Source: Nemertoderma westbladi
Taxonomy: Eukaryota; Animalia; Xenacoelomorpha
Length of the DNA stretch: 43,922 bases
Direction: 5' to 3'
Assembly (NCBI GenBank): GCA_032718475.1
Contig: JAUCBJ010001348.1
Location: 1-43,922, forward strand
The first letter of the stretch is position 1, and every line of letters begins with the position of its first letter. The position numbers were made by a program, and so were the translations under genes. The notes beneath the pieces were generated by a model. It saw nothing but the letters and a program-made list of their open reading frames with translations. It searched no databases and was not told where the DNA came from. Shown here in pieces: positions 31,703-43,922 of the stretch.

Positions 31703-32100
31703 TGGTACCCGTACTTTATTCCCGATGTCGAGTAAGGCTCAAGGGAAAGACTTCATTGTTACCAAAGGGACAATGAATTGATAGAATCGTTAGAGCGTAG
31801 GTCAGTAGGTCGACACAAAGATATTTTGGTACTGTACAGTACATTGATCTCCAATAAACTTTGAATGTAATGAAAGAGCTGGTGCAGTTTTAGATTGAAT
31901 TAACAACTGCGTAGATAATGTCGGGCAGTTATTATAGACACTAATATGAGAGCAATCAAGACCAATATATTGAAAGAATATGGTGTATAAAGCCAGGTTA
32001 GGTAAACCCAACCAACTATCTAACCAACTATCATCCCAACTATCTAAAGATAGTTGGGATAAAGGCAGACGACTCCCGCAAACAAAAAGGATAAATAAAC
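31330..32100 (-). mobile_element. Decayed CR1/L2-type LINE 3' region
   Basis: Minus-strand peptide relics in the expected order: LGLPNL, KSFP*ALLDIGNKV (cf. SFFP..I..WN.L) and CNC..SHTHRFVLHC (C-terminal Cys/His motif). Confidence 0.4.
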
Positions 32101-32997
32101 AGTTACAAGCTTTCTGCCTCGAATTCTTCAGTTTAAATATAAAATTATAAACTTATGAGATGAAGTTTTTGTCAACAACACTAACTATTAAATATAAAAT
32201 TATAAATTTTTCAGAAGTTTCTCTGGCCTTATAATTATAATAATATTTATTTAAATCATCCAACAAATTTTAACGAAGCCTTAATCTTCTTTATTTCAAT
32301 CCGGTTCACCCAATCTGTCTAATCTACTCCAGTTTCTAAAACAAGACATCTGGTGACATGTTTTTTATAATTTATTAAGAAACGAATGGGCAAACAGGGC
32401 GAGCCCTATATCCTGCCCCATGACCTACGATAGTATGTCATGCTGCCCATTACAGGTATAAAGAATTATTAATTATTTACTACACACAGACGGGGTGGTG
32501 TCCAGAAGAACGCAATCCCAAATATAGCAACGTTTTTGAAGGAGCTCATTGTGGCAGCAAGCAGCGTCATTAATAACTGCAGAGAGAGCGGTGGGAAAAA
32601 ATCATAAATAAGTACCGGCACACCCACTAATAAGCAGCAGTACTGTCTGTATGTTAGCACAAGAAGAAAAATAGGGGAAACTGTCTGAATGAATAGGATA
32701 TTACAGTAAGTTTGAAAATGCTATTCACATATATGGTGGGTTAAAATTACTGTGCATGGTGATTAAAAGTACATAAAAAAGAATAACTTGAATTTTACAC
32801 TCACGGCCTTCCAAGGTTAAAATATGGATTACGTTTAGATATACCAGTCAATAGATGTTGTTTTAATAGATGTGGTGGCATTGCCTTTAGATCGGCTGGC
32901 TGGGAGTTCCAGGCCAAGGTCATCATAGCAGGAAAGAAAGAATTACAAAATTATTTTTTATGAGTCTTAAAAGAGTGATAAATTATAGTGATGGTGA

Positions 32998-33312
32998 CTA
33001 GGGAATAATTGTTAAATCATCTTGAGGACAATAATGGCTGGATTGAACATTTCTTATATAATTTTGCATTCTAAGGGTTGAGAGGTGTGGTGCAATTTTC
33101 TCAAGTCTAGTTGAAATGTGGTCAGACCAGGTCAGGGGTGAGTTTAAAACAAATCCAAGGTGTCTGTAGACATCAATGTCATATAGTTGGTCACCCATAA
33201 AGTGCAAGTTGTATTGGAGGTGGGACTTTGTGCCTTGAATTGTCATGGTGTGTCTCTTGTATGGGTTAAAAGTTACTAGTCTCTCACAGGCCCATTTATG
33301 AATACCATTTAA
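32998..33312 (-). mobile_element. CR1/L2-type LINE reverse-transcriptase fragment
   Basis: LNGIHKWACERLVTFNPYK...YRHLGFVLNSPLTWSDHI matches the conserved W...W...FNP.K / HLG....L.W..HI region. Confidence 0.8.
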
Positions 33313-33779
33313 GGGGGGTGGGGTAGCACCCCCAAATTGAACCTCACATATTTGTGACTCTTGACCCTAAAATTGGGTGAAAATTATTTTTTGTGCTACT
33401 AAACATTGTCTCGACTGTGTAAGAATAACCAAGCCAAATATTTTAAAAATTGGCCCCAAAACTCATTTCAGTTAAAATTGCGGAGAAATAGCCTTTTTCA
33501 TGAAAAAAATTCAATCTAAGATATGGGTGTTTAAAGTTTAAGGAACAATTCAAACCTTCCCACTATTTTAGATAATTCCATTTTTCTATGTTCAACAATA
33601 ACTTTGGCGAAAATGAATGAAATTCAACGAACTTTTTCATGCTTGCTAAACAGATAACTAGTAAAAAAAAGTTTTAGCAATTTTATTCATATAAATATAA
33701 ATATATATAAAAAAGAATAAAAAAGTATTTTGTCAATTTCCAAAATAGGATGGTGCACCCCCCCCCCCCCCCCCCCCCC
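33313..33779. mobile_element. Non-autonomous DNA transposon with G-rich TIRs (Kolobok-like)
   Basis: Left end ttaa|ggggggtggggtagcacc; right end ggtgcacc(c)n|taa; AT-rich interior. The TTAA target is imperfect on the right. Confidence 0.5.
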
Positions 33780-33789
33780 TAAGTTTGTG

Positions 33790-34712
33790 TTCATAAAGTA
33801 CTAATAAACAACTACTAGTTAAATTAATAATATAGTTAGTGATGTAGTTCAGTAAACAATATAACTGATTTCATTGAGAATGAATACGAATGTTACATCC
33901 TCTTTTCTTCAAGACTCCTTTTCACCTTGTAATCGAATTCTTTCACTACGTTGCAATGCCTCTCCTTCTGATGTATTAGTTGTATTGGTAGAGTGGTCGT
34001 TTAGGGGTACTGTTGTGTCCCAGTCAGTGGTCATATTCCTATGATTATCCTCTTTTTGTTTCCGAATCCTATCACTACAACGAAATAAACCACTCAAGTT
34101 TTTAACATTTCCTCCATGAGTGTTTAATTCTCTTTTATATTCAATTGGTTCCAATTCATTATTTGAATAGGCATTTAATGGTAGCTGTTTCGATGTTTGA
34201 ACGGGATGGAGAAGTTGTCGATTCCTCTGATATTCTCCACCTGAAGGTCTTTCAACAAGATCAAGAACGCAGTTGGGGCCACACTCTTTTACCACTGCTG
34301 GATACCATGTCTTTGAATTCCCCTCTTTGCAATATCAACTGCCTTTTCAGCTCGGCCATTACTTCTTGGATGTTTCAGACTAACTCTATTAAGGAAGATA
34401 CCATAATCGCTTGTGAAGTTAGAAGATTTAAACGAATCAAATGGAGGACCATTATCTGAAACAATTCCTCTGGTATTCTGCGAATAGCAAATAAGGACTT
34501 CAGTTCATGGATGAGAGCAGCTGCTTGTGTTTTTCCTATACTCTAATCATTTCAATCCAGTTGCTGTAATAATCAGCAACAACTAATCATTTCTTACCTT
34601 TAAACTCCATGAAGTCACTTCCAATCTTTTGCCTAGCTCGTTTTGTATCTCATAAGCGAGAAGTGGTTCTTTCTGGTTTGTCTTTCTATTTCTTAAACAA
34701 GTATCACAATGA
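33790..34712 (-). mobile_element. Ty3/Gypsy LTR retrotransposon 3' remnant (integrase, PPT, start of 3' LTR)
   Basis: Disrupted integrase: CDTCLRNRKTNQKEPL...QKIGSDFMEFKGKK*LVVADYYSNWIE...IPEE.VSDNGPPF, with C-terminal GGEYQRNRQLL...RSERIR. A polypurine tract gaagaaaagagga (33898-33910) is directly followed by TGTAACA at 33897. Confidence 0.88.
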
Positions 34713-35004
34713 TATTAAATATCATTGTATTATATGATATGATATTAAATATCCGTACTTATTAAAGTACAATAAAGCTCCTACTATATTCAAGTATTAT
34801 TGGTAAGTAGAGTATCAGATCCTCGTGTCTCGGCTAAACCAAGCTATGGGTAGACCTTGGAAACGACTTGCCTCTTCTCACTGACATTGCTTCTTGCGAT
34901 ATTGCTCTCATACCGTATATTAAATAATACATATAGTAGCGTGATGTCCCTTTAATAGTAGCGTAAAACGCAAAATAAATCTGTTAAACCTTTTGACCAT
35001 CTGT

Positions 35005-35269
35005 AATTCTAGTCGATTAAGATATCGCGGCACCCACCGATATACTTGAAAGACGAAATTCTAGAATCAGTGGTTAACGTCCCCAGACAAGTTCTGGAAT
35101 AAACTGGTGCCCATCCTAAATATTAACTATTAATATTTATAAAATCTGTCAAATTTTAGATCCTTTAAAATTCTAGTCTATTAAGATATCGTAGCACTTA
35201 CCGATATTCTTAAAAAGACCAATTTCATACAATCAAGGATCCCAGTCCCCAGACATGTTCTGGAATAAA
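35005..35269 (+). repeat. Diverged direct repeat, ~100-bp core with 164-bp period
   Basis: aattctagtc.attaagatatcg..gcac..accgatat.ctt.aaa...gtccccagaca.gttctggaataaa at 35005 and 35169. Confidence 0.8.
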
Positions 35270-35541
35270 ATTGTGTCTATTTAATATTAAATAATAAAAT
35301 TTACGGGAATAAATTTAAATTCATCTTTTAATGAATTTGATAAATTGTCATTTTTATACAATTTATAACATTCCCAAAATTCCATAAATTAATAGATCAT
35401 GGGAGCGGAGATTCACCCTATTAAGTATATTAGTGTGCGAGAATCTCCAATATATAGTCAATAGCCGATAAAATTCATAAAATCATGTATAAAGAGGAAT
35501 ATTGACAATTAAAGAATTACTATTAAATAGCATCCCAGATC

Positions 35542-37330
35542 TGTATGCATGAGAATTACCCTAATTCTACTGCTAGCTTTCCATAATGTCACCATGGCAA
35601 CAACCACGCTAGAATTAGAAGTGAGTTAAAAGAACAATAAAGGCTTGCCCCATTGAATAGCATAAGGAATAAATAGCATACTGCTAGTATCCCAGGATAC
35701 CCAATAATAACGTGGCATTCTGGAAGGCACTTGACTAACGGACAAATGGCCCGAATGTGTGCGGTTTGTGACAGTTGTGTGGAATTTGTGTGTTTATAGG
35801 TGAATGTTACTACTAAAGTGTGTTTACAGTAGCGAGTCGCAATTGTGAAAGTAGCCCTAACTCTCCAGTAAGAACCTGAAGTAAATCTAAGCCTTTGGGA
35901 CGGACGGTGGAGTGACTCGCGCTGGTTGTTGTGGTCGTTGTGCAGCTACTACATTGGCGATAGGCACATTGGCGAAAGTACACCAGCGCTGATGATCTTG
36001 CGCTGTCCGGGGGCCGAGAGGGGTAGGCAGCGACGCCCGCTAGCCTAATTATAACTAATTATAATATTGATAAACTCATATAGCAGCTATGACTGAGTTG
36101 ATAGAAGATGATCTTGGTATCAGGGAGAAATATACTCTACCGTTGCAAGCGTTTGTTGATAGCTTGATACGCAGCGACGCTAGTCCAACTACTACGGAGG
36201 ACGATGGTCGTTATATCGAACCGCCGATGTCCCAGGAGCAACTTACGCGTGAATTGGACTATCGAGAATTCACTGCTCGCTATACGCATCGTAATGGTAC
36301 GCATATGGACTTCTTAACTACTGGTCATCCTATCGATTTACACGATACGGACGATGTCGACACCGAAAGGGAAATGGTACTATTTAAATATCCTACCCAG
36401 CGGAGTCGGAACGATAAACTGAAAATCGAATGCGAAAATTCTATTCGAAATCGAATCGAAAGAGAAGACGTTAAAGAACCGGATAAACGCGGTAACTCCA
36501 ACGTATATTTGGAATTCTTGAGAGAAACATTGTAAAACCGAATAAATATCACCCGCGTTTCCCCTACAAGACGTGCGTCTTTGGTATTATTGCGTTGAAT
36601 GCCCAAGACCCAACCAACAAACGGAAAGACATAAACATCCGTAGAGACGTTGCTTTAAACACGGTTTTACTCGCTATATTTACGGGAGTTTCGAGCGAAA
36701 CTTGTTCGATGTATCACCTACGCTCATTCGATTCAAATGATCCTTAAATAAACCTATGATCAGAGTTCCGGAATACTCGGTCAGACCTCCTCATTCCCTA
36801 GTTAGACTTCAGACTCTTGATCCTAATAGTATCACGGATCCTCCCGAACTGTACTCACTGTTCAAAGATCTAGTGTTACCCGAACAGTTAGTCGGTGGCA
36901 CTCCTGTTGTGGGCTCCCTAAATATTCGCCCATCTTACCTAGCCGGATTGGGACGCGGACATCTAATATCGTCATTCAACCGTATCATCGTCCCGGTTTA
37001 ACCCGATACAACCTGTCACCAAGGCGGAGGAGAGAGTTGTACGAAACGTGTTGGACACTATTCGTCAAAAGATCGGAAAAGGAACCTATAATTGTTTAGA
37101 GAAACGTAAATTGCAGCAGCAAGTCAAAGCGGTAAACGAATTAGCTTTATCTCAGTTCGATCAGGAAATCCAGAATCTCTAAGAAGATATCGAACTTGGA
37201 CGACCCTATTCTCTGCAAGAGTTTTTGGACGAACGCATCCAACGATAAGCGGAGGAAAATCAGCTCGAGGAGAAGCATATCGAAATGGACGAGACATCGA
37301 CCATAACCCTAAACCTTCCGATGCAATTGT
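35542..37330 (+). mobile_element. Putative 5' part of an LTR retrotransposon (LTR, PBS, degenerate gag-like ORFs)
   Basis: TGTA...TACA-bounded 412-bp segment (35542-35953) immediately followed by PBS-like tTGGCG. After it come CpG-rich, charged, broken ORFs (36089-36535, 36756-37001, ~37040-37310) with no recognisable gag motif. Confidence 0.4.
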
Positions 37331-38998
37331 ATTGCACCCTTTACCCAGGAGTTATAGCCCTCCTAGTAAAGTGGCTCGCCCCAAAAAGAAAAGGACTCTT
37401 GCTAGCCTCAAAAAACTGCGTAAAGGCCGTCCGCGCAAGAAAGACTAACTGTTTAGAGTATTTTTATATTTTAGAAACTGTGATTTTGTATATTTTATAG
37501 ACTCAAATCCCATTTTCTGGGAGCGGTGTAAAAGCTTTTGCGGATGTAACAAGCTATTTTTCTCCGCAATATACCGAGTAGGTATTTTAGCGGACATAAC
37601 AAGCGATTTTGCCCGCTATGTCTGCATGTGTGCTTTAGCGGACATAAAAAGCCATTTTTCTCCGCAATAAGCTCAAATACTCTAAACATCGGAACTCAGA
37701 TGACGACATCTATCAGCTGTGTCCACGTGTAACTTTTTCTTTGTTCTTTGTTCGTTCTTTGTTCGGTCGACCAATCAGAGCGGTTTTCACTCTGTGTTGG
37801 ACATTGTATACAGAAACTCATGCAATTCAGTCAGTGTGTATTTTTCCTAAGCCTAGAACACCGGCTTTGGAATTATTCTGTGTTTCAGACTTTAGCCAAA
37901 CATTAGTAGGCTTTGATCATAGAAACGTATAACTGTTATCGCAAACCACAAACCAAACTGGCAAACCAAAACATCATATTGTCATATTGTTACAAATCAT
38001 ATTGTCACCTACAAACACCGCATTATTTTACTGCTATTTACTGTCGGTTATTAATTGTATCAGTTGATGGAATATTATTATATTTGGATAATATCGATAA
38101 ATAATCATAAAACCCCAATCTTCTTGATATACTGAAGGTAAGAGACCGGTTACATATAGCAATTGCGACTTACATTATATTGGTTTTAGAGTGAATCTAA
38201 TGCTATTTCATAGGCACTACATGTGTCGGTTGCTGTTCTCTTTATATGTGACTAAAATTAGTGAAGGTCGGCAGATCGGTGTGCAGCATTGTGCGGTAGT
38301 GTGCATGATTGTGACAGATAACAAAGCATCTCCTAAAGAATGCGCTTTATATGTGAATCAATAGCCATCCCGTTGTGTTTAGTGTAAGTCATAACTCTGT
38401 TTACATACTTACAGCGCCATGTCGTAAAGGAACTGTTAATATTTCCCGAAAGTGAATAATATTGGTCAGAGATTATATATTAACGATCAGTCGAATAATA
38501 CAGTAGGCCTACATCGCAATAAGGTCAGAGCTTCCGAATCCAGTCTCCCGGGTATATCCAGCGGGTGAATGGTCGCGCATAGGCTGGCTTCGGCTAATGT
38601 AGTGTATCAAATACTCGTCATAGGCTAAAGTCGATTTATAATCTAGAAGACACCTAAATTTGGCAGGTTAAACTGCTAAAGGTCTGAAAGCGCGAACAGT
38701 AGTTATATTCATTTACATAAACTTATATTAACAGAAATTTGTCACATTAAAGTTTTAAAAGAATACTTCCGATAGAGACAAAAATGGGCCTCTGTACAAC
38801 CCTACAGTATACTGTAGGTCTATTTAATTAATAACTTTCCTTTTCACAGTATAGGCTACGGTAGTGTTACCGGTGGTGGTCTGGTAGGCTACTAAGGTTA
38901 TCCGCATACTACAGTATGATACTGCTACATGTCAGTGAGTTAGTCTAAAGTGAAATTGTGATTTACTTATAGAAATAACTACCGTACTGCAGTTCTTG

Positions 38999-39031
38999 TA
39001 AGATAAGATAAGATAAGATCCTTATTTTATT
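38999..39031 (-). repeat. (ATCTT)n microsatellite preceded by AATAAA on the minus strand; possible LINE 3' tail
   Basis: Plus strand taagataagataagataagatccttattttatt. Confidence 0.5.
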
Positions 39032-39531
39032 AACATTACCGGTACTTTAGCATGTCCGAAAAATGACACCAAAGGCAACCAGGAGGGATCCTCCATTACA
39101 AACAATTCGAAGATGTAGCCTACAATTGTTTAAAACTTAGAATATCAGTAATATTTCATATGATATTATCGTAATCTGTATATTAGTAATATTTCAGTTC
39201 CCCTCTCGGTTGGTTGCAAGTATTTGAGCACATGAGTTCAGTATTGGAAAGTTACTGTTTCATATTCAATATAAATGTCGAACATCTAACTAAACATAAT
39301 TTTCTCTTTTATACTGTATAATTTTTAATTTTGAACATTTCGTTTGTTAAACACTGTACTAAGGGTCGGTTATACTCAAAAAATCAAACACGTTTCAATA
39401 TTTACAGTAATACATATCAACATATCATTACAGGACGATTTAGACAACATCGCAAAAATAGCAAAAATAAAATGAAAAATATCTCAAAAATACCTTATTT
39501 TTGATAAATTTGCGATTTCTCAAAAATAATG

Positions 39532-39675
39532 AGGCCTGGTGATGATACACCACAAATGGCTGCTGCCGCTCGCCACTCCCTCCTATAGTGTATCATACTA
39601 AAAGTCGCCGCTCACATCGGCCACTCGCCGTGGCCGCCCACCGCTGCCACTCCTGTGGTGTATCATGCATGGCCT
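39532..39675. mobile_element. Small PIF/Harbinger-like MITE (~144 bp)
   Basis: Inverted ends aggcctggtgatgatacaccaca / tgtggtgtatcatgcatggcct; GC-rich interior with gccactc/gccgc repeats and an internal tgtatcat half-repeat. Confidence 0.55.
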
Positions 39676-39820
39676 TTAGGATGGTATTGCATCTATCATT
39701 GATGTAGCATGGTATTGATTTATTGTTCTTTGGTACTGTATTAGGCAAGCTCATGCGTTAGTACATGCGGAACTTTGAGCGATTTTGCTCTTGTTAAATA
39801 CAAAGTACTGTACACTGTAA

Positions 39821-39902
39821 GTGTTTACTTGAAGTGAATGTGTTTACTTGAAGTTAATGTGTTTACTTGAAGTGAATGTGTTTACGTGAATGTGTTTACT
39901 TG
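39821..39902 (+). repeat. 19-bp minisatellite, ~4.5 copies
   Basis: gtgtttacttgaagt(g/t)aat repeated; five TGTTTAC cores. Confidence 0.9.
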
Positions 39903-40310
39903 TTTTTATTCAAATCAACCATTATATAAATTAAGAAATTTCCGTAACTTTATCAACATAGTTTAGCTACAATCTAGAATTTTGATTCTATTTGTCACAA
40001 AAAATGATATTTTGAAGAATAAGGTATTTGTTTGAACTATAAATTTCTTTTAATATTCATAAATGTAATGAAAATTATTGTCCTCCCGAAATTGCCAAAC
40101 CTGGTACTGAACTCAAGAGAAACCGATTTCAAGTTCTCTACATGGCTTGGAATAGGCCACCCAAATGGATACCCTCATTGTTCAAAAGGAATTTTGAATA
40201 TGAAGTAAATCCCACTTAAGACAAGACAAGTTTTATACACATTAAAATTAATCAAAAAGTAAAAATAGTTAATAAACAAAAGTTAATGGGGAATATTTTG
40301 AGAAGAAAAC

Positions 40311-43300
40311 GTCGCGAATAATTATTGGACTTCTTATAGGTCAATTAGCCGCAGTGATACATCTAGTGTAATAACGTGGGTAATTTGGAAGGAACTTCAA
40401 CCCGATATGGTAAACATTTCTGGGACTCATGTAAACTCAACTATTGCTCATCTGTCTACAAACGTGACACCTCCAATTATCCCTTCAAAAACAACATCTA
40501 ATACTGCCAGAATGATTCGTCTTCTTTCGCTATATTTCGTATATCACCCCCAACTTCACTCGTTTGGGAAAGATGCCGCATCCCGAATATTATTATCTCT
40601 CTCTCTCTCGTCTCATCTCTTGTATTGGAATTATTCCTACTGATTTTGATTCTGAGAAGTGTGAACGCATAGATAAATATTCAGAAACCCGAGAACGACG
40701 CGTGGAATTGACCATAACTAAAATCTATATAGACGACTAATGTATTACTTTGAAATAAACTGAAAAATGTTTTTAAATATATTAAGAACTAAAAATTATT
40801 CTAGAATATTTTGTTTCCCTAGTGCAACATCATTACTATTGACGTTTTGATAAAATAGAAGATTAATTCGGAAATATATTTGGAAAATAATATATTATTA
40901 TATATATTATATTTGGAAATATAATTGGTGTAGCAATCTGCTAATATGGTGTTATATTCAACATAATTCGTGCTAAATCATCATCATATACAACCACATG
41001 ACTGAAAACAGCAGTCATGGGAAAAGATGATATAAATAGTCCAGAAGCCGTTCAAATGATCCATAAGGTCTTCTATATAGATGAAGGAATGAGCTCTGAT
41101 AACACACAGGTGGATATAATTAGTCTAGCACAAGAATTTGAAACTAACAAACTTTTATCAAGCTGCCAACAATTCCTGGTATAGAGGGTGGTTGGTAAAG
41201 TTCCGAGAGCAAAATCAGTTTTGTTTATTCTCTGAATTTATTATTACAAATATATTTGGATCCATAATAACGGGTTACTAAAGGCACTGAAAGTATGAAT
41301 TGTATTGCCCTAGTAAGCCCTGTTCTGTTGGGATAGTTCTAAATTAGGATAACTTGTGAAGGTTTTTAAGAGTTTCTCATCTCAACAAAATCATTCCTGG
41401 GAAAATTCGTTTTAGCCCTTTATATTTATATTGCGACATTACCGTACTTGTACTACACACGAGCTACACACACGAAATATCTCGAAAACTAAAAACAAGT
41501 TATGGAAAACTAGTTTCTAGATTTAAACTTTTGGCCCAAATTCGACTACACCCACCACCGCTAATTAACCCTATTTAATCCACTAACAGCTATCAATCAA
41601 GAAGAAAGGATTATAAACTATAATACGAAATAGCTGAAGGTTTTCATTTCAGAAATTTCTGAAATATTTAATTTGAGCTCTCTAGCAGAGACTAGACTTC
41701 AGAGCTGCAGATGGATTGGCATCTCCTCAAAGATGCGTTCTATGGACGGTCAGTACATAGGTGTTATACAAGATGGCTAGTGACTGCAAGTATTTATCAG
41801 ACAAGTTTCCTCATGAATTAATTATATATATCAAAATGGGGGATGAATTTCACTTTCAGACATTTTGCCCTTTAGTGGCAGACTGGAGAACTGCAGAGTA
41901 CATGATCGAGTACAAATCTATCAAGTTTCAGCTTGACGGATTAAAAGCAAAAAAAATGGGTGGATATTTCCTGTTTAGACATGTAGCCCGCCAGCTTGAG
42001 ACTGTTGAACTGATAGTGACTGAAAGTATCCAAAACATTATCATCTTTGGGTCTTATTGATGACTACAAATTTTCAATTCGGCAGCTTTAAATCCGACAA
42101 AGTTATTTGCATGTCAATATTGTAACGACAATGACGACAAAAATTACCAAATTTTAGGCTACCAAAGTACTGGTAACTAACATTCAATAGGTAGGCCCAA
42201 GATTTTCATTTCAATATATTGTTTTCATATAATTAATTAATATGAATATTATGATAATAGCGAATGAAAAAAAATGCCATAGTTATTAATATCACTTCTA
42301 TAATTAATTAATCAATATACCCCTAAGAACTACCTCAGAGGCACAATTCGATCAGTCTTATTTTATTTAGTATCTAGGGAGTTATACCCCACCAATCCTT
42401 TTGGTATTCCTTCATGATTAATTTAATACCTACCAACAAGCAACAATTATTTAATAGTGGAGAGCAGGTGCGATTTTGGAGGTCTGACAAGTCTTACATT
42501 GTTTTTTAGTTCTTTTCAATCAAATTTATAAGTTCTGACAATGAACGTTTGTTCAGAGTGACTGCTAAATGCAATAATTGACATTCAATAGGTAACCTAC
42601 ACCTACACTACACTACATACAAGTTAATTAAATTCAGTTGATGCTAATAGGAATTGTTATTGCCATTATAACAGAAAGCGACTGATCCGATTATATTATT
42701 TGCCCAACGTGAAGTCGTTGTTTCAGCTGTTGTTGTTGAAGGATCTCTTGTGCTTGTAACTGGTTGTGGTGAAGTTGTAACCGTATCAAAAACAGAATTA
42801 TTCCAATCCACGGTCCCATTTGGATACAGATAGTTGTGCTCCCAAACCCTATCTCCTCCTACTTTGCTGCAAGTGTCTGTTCCATTGCAGCATAATGTCT
42901 GACAACTAGGCTGTCTCAGTTGGACTCTGTCCTCTTCATCTTCATTCTTCTTCCACTCATTCCAGAATACCTGGCAATCATCTTCATTGATGAAATCCCT
43001 ACAGGGATCATCCATCCAGCATAGCTCTCTTCTGGAGTACATCAAAGCTTTGAAATCTTCATTGTTTAAAGAGAATATTCCTGGTAATTGCAGGAATAAG
43101 AGCCGGCAGGATGAACATTCACTTTTACTGACACCTGGTCGTTCTTCGTACCAAGGTGTATCCGCTATCACATCAGGTCGAACTGACTTGTATGTTATCA
43201 AGGTGTGGCCATCCATACAAGTAATAGCTGATATTTCCATAACTTTATTTGTCACTATAGAAAGTGCGACCAATAGCATTTTCGCAAACTCGACTTCCAT

Positions 43301-43922
43301 AATATGTATGATGTGCGATTAATATTAGATATTCAGTATATTTATTTTAAATTATTATTTAAAAGTTATTATTAAATAGAAACCCTGCTGCCTTTTGTAG
43401 CAAAAGTCTTAACAATTCATTAAGTTTTGAAAATTTTTGCCCAATAAGAGTCCTTAAAACCAAGACATAGATTAATTGTTTCAGGTACTTTTAGCCATTG
43501 TATGTTTAGGTTGTGGGTAAATATGCCTCATATCCTAATACTCAGATAATACAAACTACACTAGAGTAAACGTGAAGCAGGAAGCAATACAATGTAGTAC
43601 AAATCGATGAGTATGCGATTGTAAGCAATTACATTCCACATCTCTCATCAGTAGGTGGGCAGTGGGTGGATCGGATATGGGATGTGGTAGTAATAATATG
43701 TTGGCAATATGCTGAGAAGATTGGTATATGATTTGCAAATGTAAATAATTATATCTTTTTGCAGGATAAAATACAGGAGAAGTTATATCCACTTGATAAT
43801 CATCTTATTATATATTATATTTCTGGAAACAGGAGACCTTAGCGAGCATGGTATTCTTTTCAAGGGCCCAAGTTTTGTATTTAAGTTTCAAATCATCATA
43901 AGTCAGGATCACGGACTTCTTT
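40311..43922 (+). repeat. Segmental duplication, copy 2 (runs off the window end)
   Basis: Near-identical to 28105-31702. Confidence 0.97.
42643..43300 (-). CDS. Duplicate of the Ly6-like gene with a C-terminal frameshift (218 aa, hydrophobic tail lost)
   Basis: Identical to the 30416-31081 product up to TTTS, then one S>R change. A 1-bp insertion (cagaagcg > cagaaagcg, ~42675) changes SVIMAITIPISIN to FCYNGNNNSY*. Confidence 0.65.

Noticed and set aside
33758-33779. Poly-C/G tracts (also 22150-22175) as functional G-quadruplex elements
   Set aside because: They lie at repeat-element ends, and homopolymer length is unreliable; there is no other support.
37490-37690. Repeated tttagcggacataa / ttttctccgcaata words
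   Set aside because: Probably subterminal repeats of another DNA transposon, but I could not define termini or a TSD.

Overview
AT-rich eukaryotic genomic DNA, most likely from an invertebrate metazoan (inferred from a ZNF341 orthologue plus RTE, CR1/L2, Gypsy and hAT-type repeats). The left half carries two conserved genes in convergent orientation, each a single uninterrupted ORF: midasin/MDN1 (3217-18489 +, 5090 aa) and a ZNF341-like C2H2 zinc-finger factor (22788-25385 -). Both genes have many exons in vertebrates. The rest is a mosaic of transposon debris: a clean hAT-type MITE with an 8-bp TSD inside an RTE fragment, a tRNA-Ser pseudogene, a 3'-truncated LINE with an intact ORF1, and CR1/L2 and Gypsy remnants. 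A near-identical duplication of at least 3.6 kb (28105-31702 and 40311-end) carries an intronless, Ly6/three-finger-like, putatively GPI-anchored gene; the second copy has a frameshift that removes the anchor signal. The most unusual signals are the apparent wholesale intron loss, a steep CpG gradient along MDN1, and intergenic patches saturated with short CAG/CTG and palindromic words that may be accumulated transposon footprints. All family assignments come from motif recognition by eye; no database search was run.
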